Source: a virus. Taken from it: a DNA stretch of 64,000 nucleotides. Within the stretch, counting starts at the first letter, position 1, and each line of letters begins with the position of its first letter. The notes under the pieces were generated by a model. That model was not told the DNA's origin and did not search any database. It was given only the letters and a program-made list of their open reading frames with translations. Below, piece after piece: positions 1 to 9,098 of this stretch. Both the position numbers and the translations under genes were made by a program. Location: IMG/VR virus record IMGVR_UViG_3300021376_000010, one strand, 5' to 3'.

Positions 1-3000
1 GCTCCAGTTCCATCAGCTTTGTCAATATTCCATTGAGTTTGTGGTATAATGGTATCTTGAACAAGTGTTGCTTTTGCACCAGAAATTGAACTTACTCCTC
101 TAAAGTCTGGGGCTACTGTAATTGCATTATTTCCAATAATTGTGGTGACTACATGAGTCATACCTCTAATAACAATTCTATCACCAACAACCAACTGGTC
201 GGTAAACCTTGTATTGGAACCAGTTACCAAATTAGAGTCTGGTGTGGCAGAAATTGTTCCAGCAAGTTGGAATGTAGCAGATCTCAGACCAACTGCTAAA
301 TTAATTCCATCATATTGCCAGAAAATTCCATTTTGGTCATCAAAAGCACCAGCACGTACTGTTGCTCCTTTCCATTTATATAGAGATACTGTAGGTGGTC
401 TTCCCAATACTGGACTGGTTGATTGAAGAACATTGACTGCCAAAACAGTAAAAGTATTTTCATTAATTACACTGTTTACAGTATAATGACCATTATAACC
501 AGTAGTTTGAATATTACTTATTGCTACTTCTGCTCCTACTTGAAGTCCATGTTCTGTATCATCGGTAGTTATTGATATAACACTTCCAATAGAAGTTGAT
601 GCAGCAGAAACACTCCTAATGTCATAGCTTGGTGCAAATAGAGCACCTGTTGTATACATTACACCTTTACCTGATTGGTATCTAATGTATTTTTTGGATT
701 GACGAACAGCATGTGCTCCATGTGCAGGACCACCAACACCTAATTGGACACCACCATCAAATGGTCTATGGACATAGAAACAGTCAGGTCTTGGGAAAAT
801 TGTTCCTGCAAGACCAACAGAAGCAACAGATCCTGTTGTTCTTGCATTGAAAACTATTGAATTGTTTGTTGGGGTACTGTCAATAACAAAAGGACCAGAT
901 GCTAGTGAGTGACCTGTTCCTAAAGAGGTCATTGTTGAAGTGATTGTATCTCCTGGAACTAAACCATGAGCATTAGCAAATGTTACTCGGAATCTTGCCA
1001 AAGATGAATGCGAAATGGAAGCACCATCTGCAATTGGAGAAGTTGTCAATTCCGATATTGATACAGATGGGAAGAAATTAAGAACTGCACCAGTATTTGG
1101 TGTGCCAGTAGCAACTACTGTTGAGATTCTTCCTCTGCTTGAACTATCTGGAACTGTAGTAGAAACCGTGATGAACAAGTCATTTGTTGGAGTTGTTCCT
1201 CCCAACAATGTTCCTGGAACTCTTAATTGATATCCTGGGAAATAACCAGTACCTTGAACATTTGGTGTTACTATATAACCCCCAACAGATTTCGAAATAT
1301 TAAATGTTGCACCAGATCCACTAAGAGTTCCAGAAACATTAGTATATGTATTATTTCCTGAGAATGCTGTTCCAGATACATTAAATGCTGTTATTGAACC
1401 AGATCCATCTACTGAACTTACTGTAATTGTTAAATCGTTTGTTCCTGAAGAACCACCCAATATAGAACCGTTTACTATAATAGTATCATTAACAGTATAA
1501 TCAATACCTGTTGAAGTTTGACCAGTTTTAAAGTTTACTACATATGTAGCACTTCCAGATCTATAAACCTCAAATACTGCACCTGCTCCTCCACCATTCG
1601 TTACACCAGTTACATCTGCATAAGTTCTATAACTAGGGACAGCAACACCATAGGAATCATCTGCTATAACAGTTTGATTTGTAACACCATTATAATTTAA
1701 TAATAGTTTTGTATAGGTGTCTGGATAGAATGGTGAACCAATCCCAAATACTTCTTCTCCAGGAACAGTAAATGATGAACCACTATATCTTGAATTTCCA
1801 ATAGAAAATCTAGTTGCATCCAAATAACCATAAAATCCTAAAGCACCACTAAAAGCATTACCTATTTTTACTTGTGATTGTATATATGAATTAGTGTCAT
1901 CATAAGTCGAACCCTCTTGAATTCCATCTACATATAGTCGTGTTGTTGTTCCTGTCTTTGTTACCGCAATATGTGTCCAAACACTTGCTGCTATTGTTGT
2001 TACTCCTACAATTCTTTCCGATCCATCTACATAATACGATAATACATCACCACTCGTAATTCTTAGCAGTGGAGCAACAGATGGTTCTGAAGTTCTCATA
2101 TCAAATAGAACTTCTTGAGTTGAAATTCTATTTCTATAGACCCAAGTTTCAAAAGCAAAATCGGAAGTTCCAATTTCAAAATCAATATTTGAATCTACGA
2201 CTATTGAATCTGCAGTTGACCCAGAAATTGGATTCAACAGTAAGGAACTAACACCCCATTTTTTCTGAGATTGTGATAGTACTGCTTCTCCAAGAGTAGT
2301 TACATTTTTTGAAGTAGTAAATGTTGTGATTCCTTGAGTTCCAGGATCTATTTCTCTAACATGAACAACTAAATCGTTATCTGAATTTCCACCCAAACTT
2401 GAACCAGGGATGACCAATCTTTGATTATCTTTATATAATGCACCTGCTGTATTTAAATTTATTAAATATCTTCCTTGAGTCCTGTCTACATCGAAAGTTG
2501 CATTTTCACCTGTGTCAAAGTTTTGTGGAGTTGCTGATAAAGTACCAACAGTGTTTGAACCACCAAATGCATTAGATAGGTACGGTGTAGAAAGAGTTAA
2601 TGTATTCCCATCTATATTAGTAACAAATGTGGCATTTCCACTTCCATCACTTAGTGCAGATCCAACTTGAATATTAGTTACATTTGTTACAACTAATGTA
2701 TTTGATGGTGCAACTACATCTTCTAATAAACTTGTTGTTGCAGTAGTAGTTATTATTCCAGTAACTTGTGCTCCAGATGGGATTCCACTTGCAGTTAATG
2801 GTGAACCTAAAATTGCATTATTTGCTCCAGTATATGCAATTCTATTTGAATTGGAACGAGTAATAAATCTGGAAGTAAATGAACCAGTAACACCATTTGA
2901 TACTAGTGAATATGTTGGAGAACCAATCGATGCTCCAGTATAGAAACCACCTTTCCTTAATTGTGAGTATGGAGCATATATACTTTCATTTGGATTACTT

Positions 3001-3710
3001 GTTCCTACTTTTCCTTTTGCAAAGTATGTAAATGTAGTTGAATTAGAAACCCTTTCTACTAGAAATGAACCTTCTGCTCTAGAAGAACCAGAAACAGTCT
3101 CCAAAAGACCAAAAATTCTAAATGGTTGACCAGAAGAAAAACCATGTGGTTCCACCGTCTGTACAGTTATTATAGATGCACCAACACCACCTGTGTTTTG
3201 ACTTGCATCAGTCTGTATTTCAAAAATAGAAATATCTGAACCTGGAACTTCATAAGTACTTGGATATCCCCTCAAATGGTCAATTGTTTGCCACTTTGTT
3301 GGTTGAATACCATATTCAAAGTCAGCGTCAATCATGGACTGAGGTGTTGCCACTCTCATCCTTTCTACCGCATCAGTTCCAAAATTATATGGTCTAAATT
3401 TTACTTCTTCATCTTCAATAAAAATTGTTATAGAATCAGTCGATTGCTGATCCGTCGTATCAAATCCAAAATGTATAGTTGTTACACCATTTGAAATTGA
3501 TGATGCGTATGGAAACTCTGCACTATTACCAGGAGTAAATTCTACAATAATTGGATTTACTGGATCCGCAAAATTATAAAGTATTTTATTGTTTGTTACA
3601 TTGACAAGCATCAGAATTTGATTTTTTCTGACCTTATCTAAAATTTTTAAATTTCCAGACCCAGCAACTCCAGGTGAAAAAACATAATCTCTAATCTGTT
3701 TCTTAGCCAT
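1..3710 (-). CDS. Large virion structural protein (3'-truncated by window edge) with an internal LamG/ConA-like domain
   Basis: Absent from the ORF track because it has no stop in the window. ATG at 3710 (MAKKQIRDYVFSPGVAGSG) with AGGAG upstream. In-frame LamG-like segment ~1770-2280 (SQKKWGVSSL..FETWVY..WTHIAVTK..LYVDG..GYLDATRFS). Segment HRPFDGGVQLG..RQSKKYIRYQSGKG near 660-780 resembles cyanophage virion proteins. Confidence 0.8.
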   Translation of the reverse strand, partial: MAKKQIRDYVFSPGVAGSGNLKILDKVRKNQILMLVNVTNNKILYNFADPVNPIIVEFTPGNSAEFPYASSISNGVTTIHFGFDTTDQQSTDSITIFIEDEEVKFRPYNFGTDAVERMRVATPQSMIDADFEYGIQPTKWQTIDHLRGYPSTYEVPGSDISIFEIQTDASQNTGGVGASIITVQTVEPHGFSSGQPFRIFGLLETVSGSSRAEGSFLVERVSNSTTFTYFAKGKVGTSNPNESIYAPYSQLRKGGFYTGASIGSPTYSLVSNGVTGSFTSRFITRSNSNRIAYTGANNAILGSPLTASGIPSGAQVTGIITTTATTSLLEDVVAPSNTLVVTNVTNIQVGSALSDGSGNATFVTNIDGNTLTLSTPYLSNAFGGSNTVGTLSATPQNFDTGENATFDVDRTQGRYLINLNTAGALYKDNQRLVIPGSSLGGNSDNDLVVHVREIDPGTQGITTFTTSKNVTTLGEAVLSQSQKKWGVSSLLLNPISGSTADSIVVDSNIDFEIGTSDFAFETWVYRNRISTQEVLFDMRTSEPSVAPLLRITSGDVLSYYVDGSERIVGVTTIAASVWTHIAVTKTGTTTRLYVDGIQEGSTYDDTNSYIQSQVKIGNAFSGALGFYGYLDATRFSIGNSRYSGSSFTVPGEEVFGIGSPFYPDTYTKLLLNYNGVTNQTVIADDSYGVAVPSYRTYADVTGVTNGGGAGAVFEVYRSGSATYVVNFKTGQTSTGIDYTVNDTIIVNGSILGGSSGTNDLTITVSSVDGSGSITAFNVSGTAFSGNNTYTNVSGTLSGSGATFNISKSVGGYIVTPNVQGTGYFPGYQLRVPGTLLGGTTPTNDLFITVSTTVPDSSSRGRISTVVATGTPNTGAVLNFFPSVSISELTTSPIADGASISHSSLARFRVTFANAHGLVPGDTITSTMTSLGTGHSLASGPFVIDSTPTNNSIVFNARTTGSVASVGLAGTIFPRPDCFYVHRPFDGGVQLGVGGPAHGAHAVRQSKKYIRYQSGKGVMYTTGALFAPSYDIRSVSAASTSIGSVISITTDDTEHGLQVGAEVAISNIQTTGYNGHYTVNSVINENTFTVLAVNVLQSTSPVLGRPPTVSLYKWKGATVRAGAFDDQNGIFWQYDGINLAVGLRSATFQLAGTISATPDSNLVTGSNTRFTDQLVVGDRIVIRGMTHVVTTIIGNNAITVAPDFRGVSSISGAKATLVQDTIIPQTQWNIDKADGTG

Positions 3711-3736
3711 TTAAGAATATCTCCTTGTAGTGCAAA

Positions 3737-4813
3737 TTAAGAAAGTGCGATTGCCATTACAATTGCTCTTGTATCAACATACTTTTTATTGGCAGCATCC
3801 AAATCAGAAGTTGCAGTTCCAACATTTATAACTTTATTATTTAGTGCATTGATTGTTGAACCAACACTTAAAGAGCCTCCTATTACAGCACCATCATTAA
3901 TTGAGATGCTTTCTGATAAAGATAAATTTGCAATATCATTTGATATTGTTAAATTTAAATTTTTATTTGCTGATAATGTTCTAGCAACTCCAACTGGACT
4001 TTGATTACTTCTAAATCTTATAGTAGAAGAAACGTTTGTCGGAGTATTTCCAGTTAGATTAGTAGCATCTAATGAAGCATTTATAGAAGTTGCGGTAATT
4101 ATTCCAACAACATTTAAATTTTGACCTATAGATGCTGAACCATTAACAGTTAAATTTGAAAAGGTATTTGGTGGGAGTCCTTCCTCTACTGATTTTCCAA
4201 ATACAGTAAAAGATACTCTAGAGTTATCAGATGAAGAATAAACTAATGTTTGTCCATTTGATAATTTTAAATTAGTTCTTACGTAGGATTCATTTGGTGA
4301 AACTAGTTCATCATATTCTACGTACTGCGAACTATTAAAATCTAATGCAGATGAAGTTGCAATTCCCAATCTTACTTTAGAATTTAAAGATCCAAGATTG
4401 CAAGCAACTACTGTTACTTCAACTGACCTTCCAGAAGGTGCTGTATATAAAGCAAGTCTTTTATTTTTTGTAGATATTTCAGAGTTTAAAATTATAGAAT
4501 CTGTTGTATCTGTATATTCTTCACCATACAAAAGAAAGTTTGTATTTAATGAAGATGATTGTATAATTAAACTCTGTCCATTTCCAAAATAAATATTTTC
4601 AGATTCATATGTTTCTCCTCTCTCTAATACTGTAGAGGCAATATAGTTCAAATCAATAGAATTTGTAGAAATACCTACTTTAATTCTTACTGGTTCAAAA
4701 TTTTTATGTGAGATGGAAATTTTTCCATCTACTAAAATACCAGACGAAGAGGTATATAATATAGTATTTTTATTTGGAACTGGTATTGAAGACGATAAAA
4801 GGCCAAAAGCCAT
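3737..4813 (-). CDS. Virion structural/fibre connector protein
   Basis: 358 aa. Two tandem copies of the ~100-aa domain also found in 16488..16808. C-terminal DAANKKYVD fibre motif. Preceded by TATAAATA. Confidence 0.7.
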   Translation of the reverse strand: MAFGLLSSSIPVPNKNTILYTSSSGILVDGKISISHKNFEPVRIKVGISTNSIDLNYIASTVLERGETYESENIYFGNGQSLIIQSSSLNTNFLLYGEEYTDTTDSIILNSEISTKNKRLALYTAPSGRSVEVTVVACNLGSLNSKVRLGIATSSALDFNSSQYVEYDELVSPNESYVRTNLKLSNGQTLVYSSSDNSRVSFTVFGKSVEEGLPPNTFSNLTVNGSASIGQNLNVVGIITATSINASLDATNLTGNTPTNVSSTIRFRSNQSPVGVARTLSANKNLNLTISNDIANLSLSESISINDGAVIGGSLSVGSTINALNNKVINVGTATSDLDAANKKYVDTRAIVMAIALS

Positions 4814-4835
4814 AATCTACAACTTAACTTTTAAT

Positions 4836-4843
4836 TATTTATA
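4836..4843 (-). promoter_or_regulatory. T4-type late promoter TATAAATA
   Basis: Plus strand tatttata; perfect T4 late consensus ~22 nt upstream of ATG 4813. Confidence 0.75.
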
Positions 4844-4854
4844 ATTCACTTATT

Positions 4855-5640
4855 ATGATTATTCTTACAGGGCATTCTGGATTTATTGGGAAGAAATTTC
4901 TTGAAAAAATAAATCAACCAATTATTAAGGTTGAAAAGGATGATTCGTTTAAATTCCTATCCTCCTTTACTGATTGGGATAAGGTAAAATTAATCTTGCA
5001 TCAAGGAGCAATTTCATCGACGACCGAACGCAATATTTCTACTTTACACCACCATAATGTTGCATTTACTCTGATGTTGTTTGATTATGCCATTCAACAC
5101 AAAATTCCAGTAAAGTTTGCATCATCTGCATCAGTCTATGGAAATACTTTGGGTACTATTAATCCATTGAATCATTATGCAATTACTAAATTGCAAATTG
5201 ATTATTTTATCCAAGACAATATTGATAAATTTTCTTCTATTCAATCTTTTAGGTATTTTAATGTATATGGTCAAGGAGAAGACCATAAAGGAGACCAAGC
5301 ATCACCAATATCAAAGTTCACTAAACAGATTAAAGAAACTGGTAAACTTAAACTATTTGAAGGTTCTGATAAATTTTTGAGGGATTTTATATGTGTTGAT
5401 GATGTGGTTGATATTGTTATGAATAGTAATATTCCTTCTGGAATTTATGATTTAGGAACTGGCAACCCAATTTCATTTCAAGAAGTTGCAGAATTAGTCA
5501 TAAAAAAAGAAGGAGGTGAGATTGAACTCATCCCCTTCCCAGAACATCTTAATGGCAAATATCAAGATTACACTAAAGCAAATATGCAATGGATTGACAA
5601 ATATAAATTTACTACTGTTGAAGAGTATCTCCTTCGATAA
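4855..5640 (+). CDS. hldD: ADP-L-glycero-D-manno-heptose 6-epimerase-like extended SDR
   Basis: TGHSGFIG Rossmann motif, HQGAISSTTE, ASSASVYG, YxxxK (YAITK), FRYFNVYGQGEDHKGDQAS, RDFICVDD, YQDYTKA: all characteristic of HldD/RfaD. Confidence 0.85.
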   Translation: MIILTGHSGFIGKKFLEKINQPIIKVEKDDSFKFLSSFTDWDKVKLILHQGAISSTTERNISTLHHHNVAFTLMLFDYAIQHKIPVKFASSASVYGNTLGTINPLNHYAITKLQIDYFIQDNIDKFSSIQSFRYFNVYGQGEDHKGDQASPISKFTKQIKETGKLKLFEGSDKFLRDFICVDDVVDIVMNSNIPSGIYDLGTGNPISFQEVAELVIKKEGGEIELIPFPEHLNGKYQDYTKANMQWIDKYKFTTVEEYLLR

Positions 5641-5977
5641 CTCTAATACTATCTTCATCAAAATGCTCTGTAGAGAATTCAAACAATTCAGTATCTTCTA
5701 GAGCATACATCCTATGTCTAAGTCCTACAGGAACATGGAATTTATCCCCTTTCTTTAGGACTCTTTTTTGTGCTAATTCAATATCATCAGTCTCTCCATA
5801 AAATAATATTAATTTTCCAGACTGAATATAAAATGTTTCATCTTTTACTTTATGGTAATGCCAAGAACATTTTCCTCCTTTTGCAAAATAAAGAAGTTTT
5901 CCGCAGTACTTATCGCAGTTTACAATCCACTTTTCAAATCCCCATCCTTTGGGAACAAATTTAATTGAAGAAGTCAT
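5612..5977 (-). CDS. Cupin-fold sugar(-phosphate) isomerase-like protein
   Basis: VPKGWGFEKWI, CSWHYHKVKDETFY and HRM..EFST cupin metal motifs. Likely start MTSSIK at 5977. Confidence 0.75.
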   Translation of the reverse strand: MTSSIKFVPKGWGFEKWIVNCDKYCGKLLYFAKGGKCSWHYHKVKDETFYIQSGKLILFYGETDDIELAQKRVLKKGDKFHVPVGLRHRMYALEDTELFEFSTEHFDEDSIRVIEGDTLQQ

Positions 5978-6293
5978 TAGCATTCATTCCTTTGTCATCT
6001 ATGTATATATCTCCACTTGGTTTCCCAAGTATTAGTTCATGGTATCTACAACCCCATATCTCTAGTTGCATCTTAGTTAAATTATAAAATTTTTGAATAG
6101 CTTTATCACTATTATCTTCATATCTTCCCATACCACGAGCAGAAAAATATTTAATTCTATGCCCCTCATCAAATAACGAATTAATTTTTTTTATTCTTTC
6201 TGGGATGGGAGTACTTCCTTCATACTTACAAGAAGAACAATCTCCATTAGTACAAATAGTACCATCAATGTCTATTACATATGTTGTTAACAT
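5961..6293 (-). CDS. Small HAD-family phosphatase (capsule-biosynthesis phosphatase-like; candidate GmhB role)
   Basis: DIDGT motif I, FSARG motif II, GKP..D.YIDDK motifs III/IV. Confidence 0.75.
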   Translation of the reverse strand: MLTTYVIDIDGTICTNGDCSSCKYEGSTPIPERIKKINSLFDEGHRIKYFSARGMGRYEDNSDKAIQKFYNLTKMQLEIWGCRYHELILGKPSGDIYIDDKGMNANDFFN

Positions 6294-7029
6294 CTTTTTG
6301 ATTTAATACGTAAGTTCCTTGGTTTTGAATTGCTATAGATGCTGCTCTGTTTGCTAATGCTATTGACCTGTTTATGTTATTAGTTTTTAAATATCCATAT
6401 GTCAATGCAGCAAGAAAAGTATCCCCAGCACCAACAACATCATATACATTAACCTTTTCTGCTGGGTAATGAGTGTCTTTATAATAGCATCCCTCAGAAC
6501 CCTTCGTAACAATTAGATTAGAATATTCGTAATTATTTTCTAATTTTTCATATTCAATGTGATTGATTTTAATAAAGCAATTTTCTTTGTTGGGCAAAAC
6601 AGTTTTTTTACTATCTATGAATACTGGAATGCTAGATGATTCTGCAATTTCGAATAATTTCTTAGTAGTTATGTATCCTTTGTTGTAATCTGATATTACA
6701 ATTGCATCAAAATTGGACATACTTATTGGGAGAAGCAAAGGTTTTATTGGTTCCTCGTTATCAACTCTAAGTAATTGTTGATTTGATTTTTCATCTATAA
6801 ATCTAGTTTTAACTATTTTTTCAGAATTAGTTAAAAAAGTGACATCTATATCAAATGATTGGAGATTAAAGCAAACATTTGCTGCCATGCCTGCTTTAGT
6901 TTCTATTTTTGAATAGTTCATTACTGGAACTGGTGCTTCGGGATTTAGCCTTTCGCATTTTCCATAAACATATTCATCTTCACAACTATCCCCTATCAAT
7001 AATACTTTGAATGATTTTTGTTGTGGCAT
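6265..7029 (-). CDS. PfkB-family kinase, HldE/RfaE domain I (heptose-7-phosphate kinase-like)
   Basis: LLIGDSCEDEY, RLNPEAPVPV, GMAANV, KTRF, SDYNKG, DVVGAGDTF. Start probably ATG 7029 (MPQQKSF), not 7047. Confidence 0.85.
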   Translation of the reverse strand: MPQQKSFKVLLIGDSCEDEYVYGKCERLNPEAPVPVMNYSKIETKAGMAANVCFNLQSFDIDVTFLTNSEKIVKTRFIDEKSNQQLLRVDNEEPIKPLLLPISMSNFDAIVISDYNKGYITTKKLFEIAESSSIPVFIDSKKTVLPNKENCFIKINHIEYEKLENNYEYSNLIVTKGSEGCYYKDTHYPAEKVNVYDVVGAGDTFLAALTYGYLKTNNINRSIALANRAASIAIQNQGTYVLNQKDVNNICNRH

Positions 7030-7387
7030 AATCTCCAATCCTATCAAAGAATATTAGTTTGGCAGCATAATAAGAACCTATAACGGATTTGCCTTTCCAA
7101 TCAGAACCTACAACCATTATATCTGGTTTAAAAGATTTTATCAATCCTTCCAGTTCTTCATCGCAGGAAAAAAATCTTACCTCATCTACTGCTTTTAAAT
7201 TTTCTAAGAAAAATTTTCTTTCTTCTTGACTATGTATAGGTCTTGTTGGACCCTTCTTTTCCTTTACTCTTTCATCAGTGTCAATACCTACACACAAATA
7301 GTCACCAAGACTTTTTGCATAGTTCAAAAGTTCAAGGTGACCTCTATGTAGAATATCAAATGTTCCGTTTACAAAAACTGTTTTCAT
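6986..7387 (-). CDS. Cytidylyltransferase-like nucleotidyltransferase, HldE/RfaE domain II (heptose-1-phosphate adenylyltransferase-like)
   Basis: NGTFDILHRGH (HxGH), GIDTD..V..KGPTRP, GSDW. ATGA-coupled to the upstream gene. Confidence 0.85.
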   Translation of the reverse strand: MKTVFVNGTFDILHRGHLELLNYAKSLGDYLCVGIDTDERVKEKKGPTRPIHSQEERKFFLENLKAVDEVRFFSCDEELEGLIKSFKPDIMVVGSDWKGKSVIGSYYAAKLIFFDRIGDYATTKIIQSIIDRG

Positions 7388-9096
7388 TTATTTGGAAAAT
7401 ATATAATTTTTTTTATTTCTGGTAGATACAAATATTCAATTTCACTGTTTCTCATAGTTTTAAATGCATCATCTATATTTTCTACCATTGTATCACCAGC
7501 AAGATTGAATGAAGTATTAAAAAGTATAGGAACTTTAGTTAATTCATAAAACTCTGATATAAGATTATAGTAATTTTTATTTTGTTCTTTTTTGAGAGTT
7601 TGAATTCTACATGTTCCATCAACATGAGTAATTGCTGGAATTTTATCTTGCTTTTCTTTCAATACATCAACAGCATACATCATATAGGGACTCTCATCAA
7701 GTCTATCCATATCAAACCAATCTGATGCATGTTCTAATAAGACAGTTCCAGCAAAAGGTCTAAAATACTCTCTTCTTTTTACTTTATTTACAATATCTTT
7801 TCCATTAGAAACTCTAGGGTCAAATAATATTGAACGATTCCCTAATGCTCTAGGACCTGATTCAGACTTTCCTTGTGCAATTGCAACAATGTTTCCTTGG
7901 ACCAAAAGGTTTGCCACATCTTTAGGTGTTACTTTGTATTCAAATTCATTATTTGAAAGATTATATTGATATGTTAAACTTTGTCCCAAGTAGATATTAT
8001 CATATTTTAAATTTGAATTTGGATTTACTTTTTGTATTAATTCAAAAGCAGCACCTAAAGAAATACCAGAATCTGAAGATACTGGTTCTACAAAAAGATT
8101 AACATCTTTTGGTAAAGATTTTAATAGTTTATAATTTGCTACACAGTTTAAAGCACATCCTCCTGTTAAAATTAAATTTCTAGAATTTGAAAGTGATAAT
8201 GCTTTTTTGCATAGATTTATTAGATAATCTTCATATTCATTTTGTATTTTATATGCAAGGTTTTGTCTTCTTCTTTCTAGTTCTTTATTACCATAATTAG
8301 CAGTCCCAGATAAAATCTTAATATCATCAGAGCACCAATGTGAATCGGATGCTTCAATATAATCATATCCTTTTAAAATTATTCCAATATTTTCTACATT
8401 ATGATAATTAATTATTCCACATCTTTCAAATAATCCACCATCTTTTGTTAATATTGATTTTATATTTGAGTCTTCTTGTCCATATGGGGCAAGACCCATA
8501 GTTTTTCCACATTCTAAACTACCCCATCCCAACCATTCCGTAACTGCCGAATAAACCATTCCAGCACCAATAACTTTTTGTTTTTTTACATAGTTTGGTA
8601 CTAATGTTTTTCTTTTATTTGTGACTTCCTCATTCGGCATTCCAAAAATTGATTGTTGCAAAATTTTTAAGGCACAATCTTTTTTTGCTTCAAAAATAGT
8701 TTCATTTTCTTTTCCATAATCATAATCTGCTCCTGCCCCATCAATGACAACAATTGTAGCATCATCAAAATTTGAATGCTTATAAGCACAATGTGCATGT
8801 AGATGGTGATGAGGAGATGGAGTAGAATAGTTTAAAACGACTATTCCACAAACATACTGAAGATATTTTACATATACTGTTGGGTCTGTATTAAAATCCC
8901 AAAGGTAAGTAAAGCAACAATAATCAATAACTTTAGTATATTCTTTTACTAAAGATAATCCATGAAGAGGAAATTTATCATTCTTTATATGAGTTAATCT
9001 CTCTTCTTCAAGATGAAGAACAATTTCATCATCTTTAAATAAAGTTATTGATGCATCATGATGAATATTGAATGATAAAATCCACATAGTCATCAT
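7384..9096 (-). CDS. NodU/CmcH-family O-carbamoyltransferase (copy 2)
   Basis: HHDAS, EEERL, HHHLHA, DGAG, GKTMGLAPYG, GGCALNCVAN, ESGPRALGNRSIL, RPFA, HVDGTCRIQT, NTSFN. Confidence 0.9.
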   Translation of the reverse strand: MMTMWILSFNIHHDASITLFKDDEIVLHLEEERLTHIKNDKFPLHGLSLVKEYTKVIDYCCFTYLWDFNTDPTVYVKYLQYVCGIVVLNYSTPSPHHHLHAHCAYKHSNFDDATIVVIDGAGADYDYGKENETIFEAKKDCALKILQQSIFGMPNEEVTNKRKTLVPNYVKKQKVIGAGMVYSAVTEWLGWGSLECGKTMGLAPYGQEDSNIKSILTKDGGLFERCGIINYHNVENIGIILKGYDYIEASDSHWCSDDIKILSGTANYGNKELERRRQNLAYKIQNEYEDYLINLCKKALSLSNSRNLILTGGCALNCVANYKLLKSLPKDVNLFVEPVSSDSGISLGAAFELIQKVNPNSNLKYDNIYLGQSLTYQYNLSNNEFEYKVTPKDVANLLVQGNIVAIAQGKSESGPRALGNRSILFDPRVSNGKDIVNKVKRREYFRPFAGTVLLEHASDWFDMDRLDESPYMMYAVDVLKEKQDKIPAITHVDGTCRIQTLKKEQNKNYYNLISEFYELTKVPILFNTSFNLAGDTMVENIDDAFKTMRNSEIEYLYLPEIKKIIYFPNK

Positions 9097-9098
9097 GT

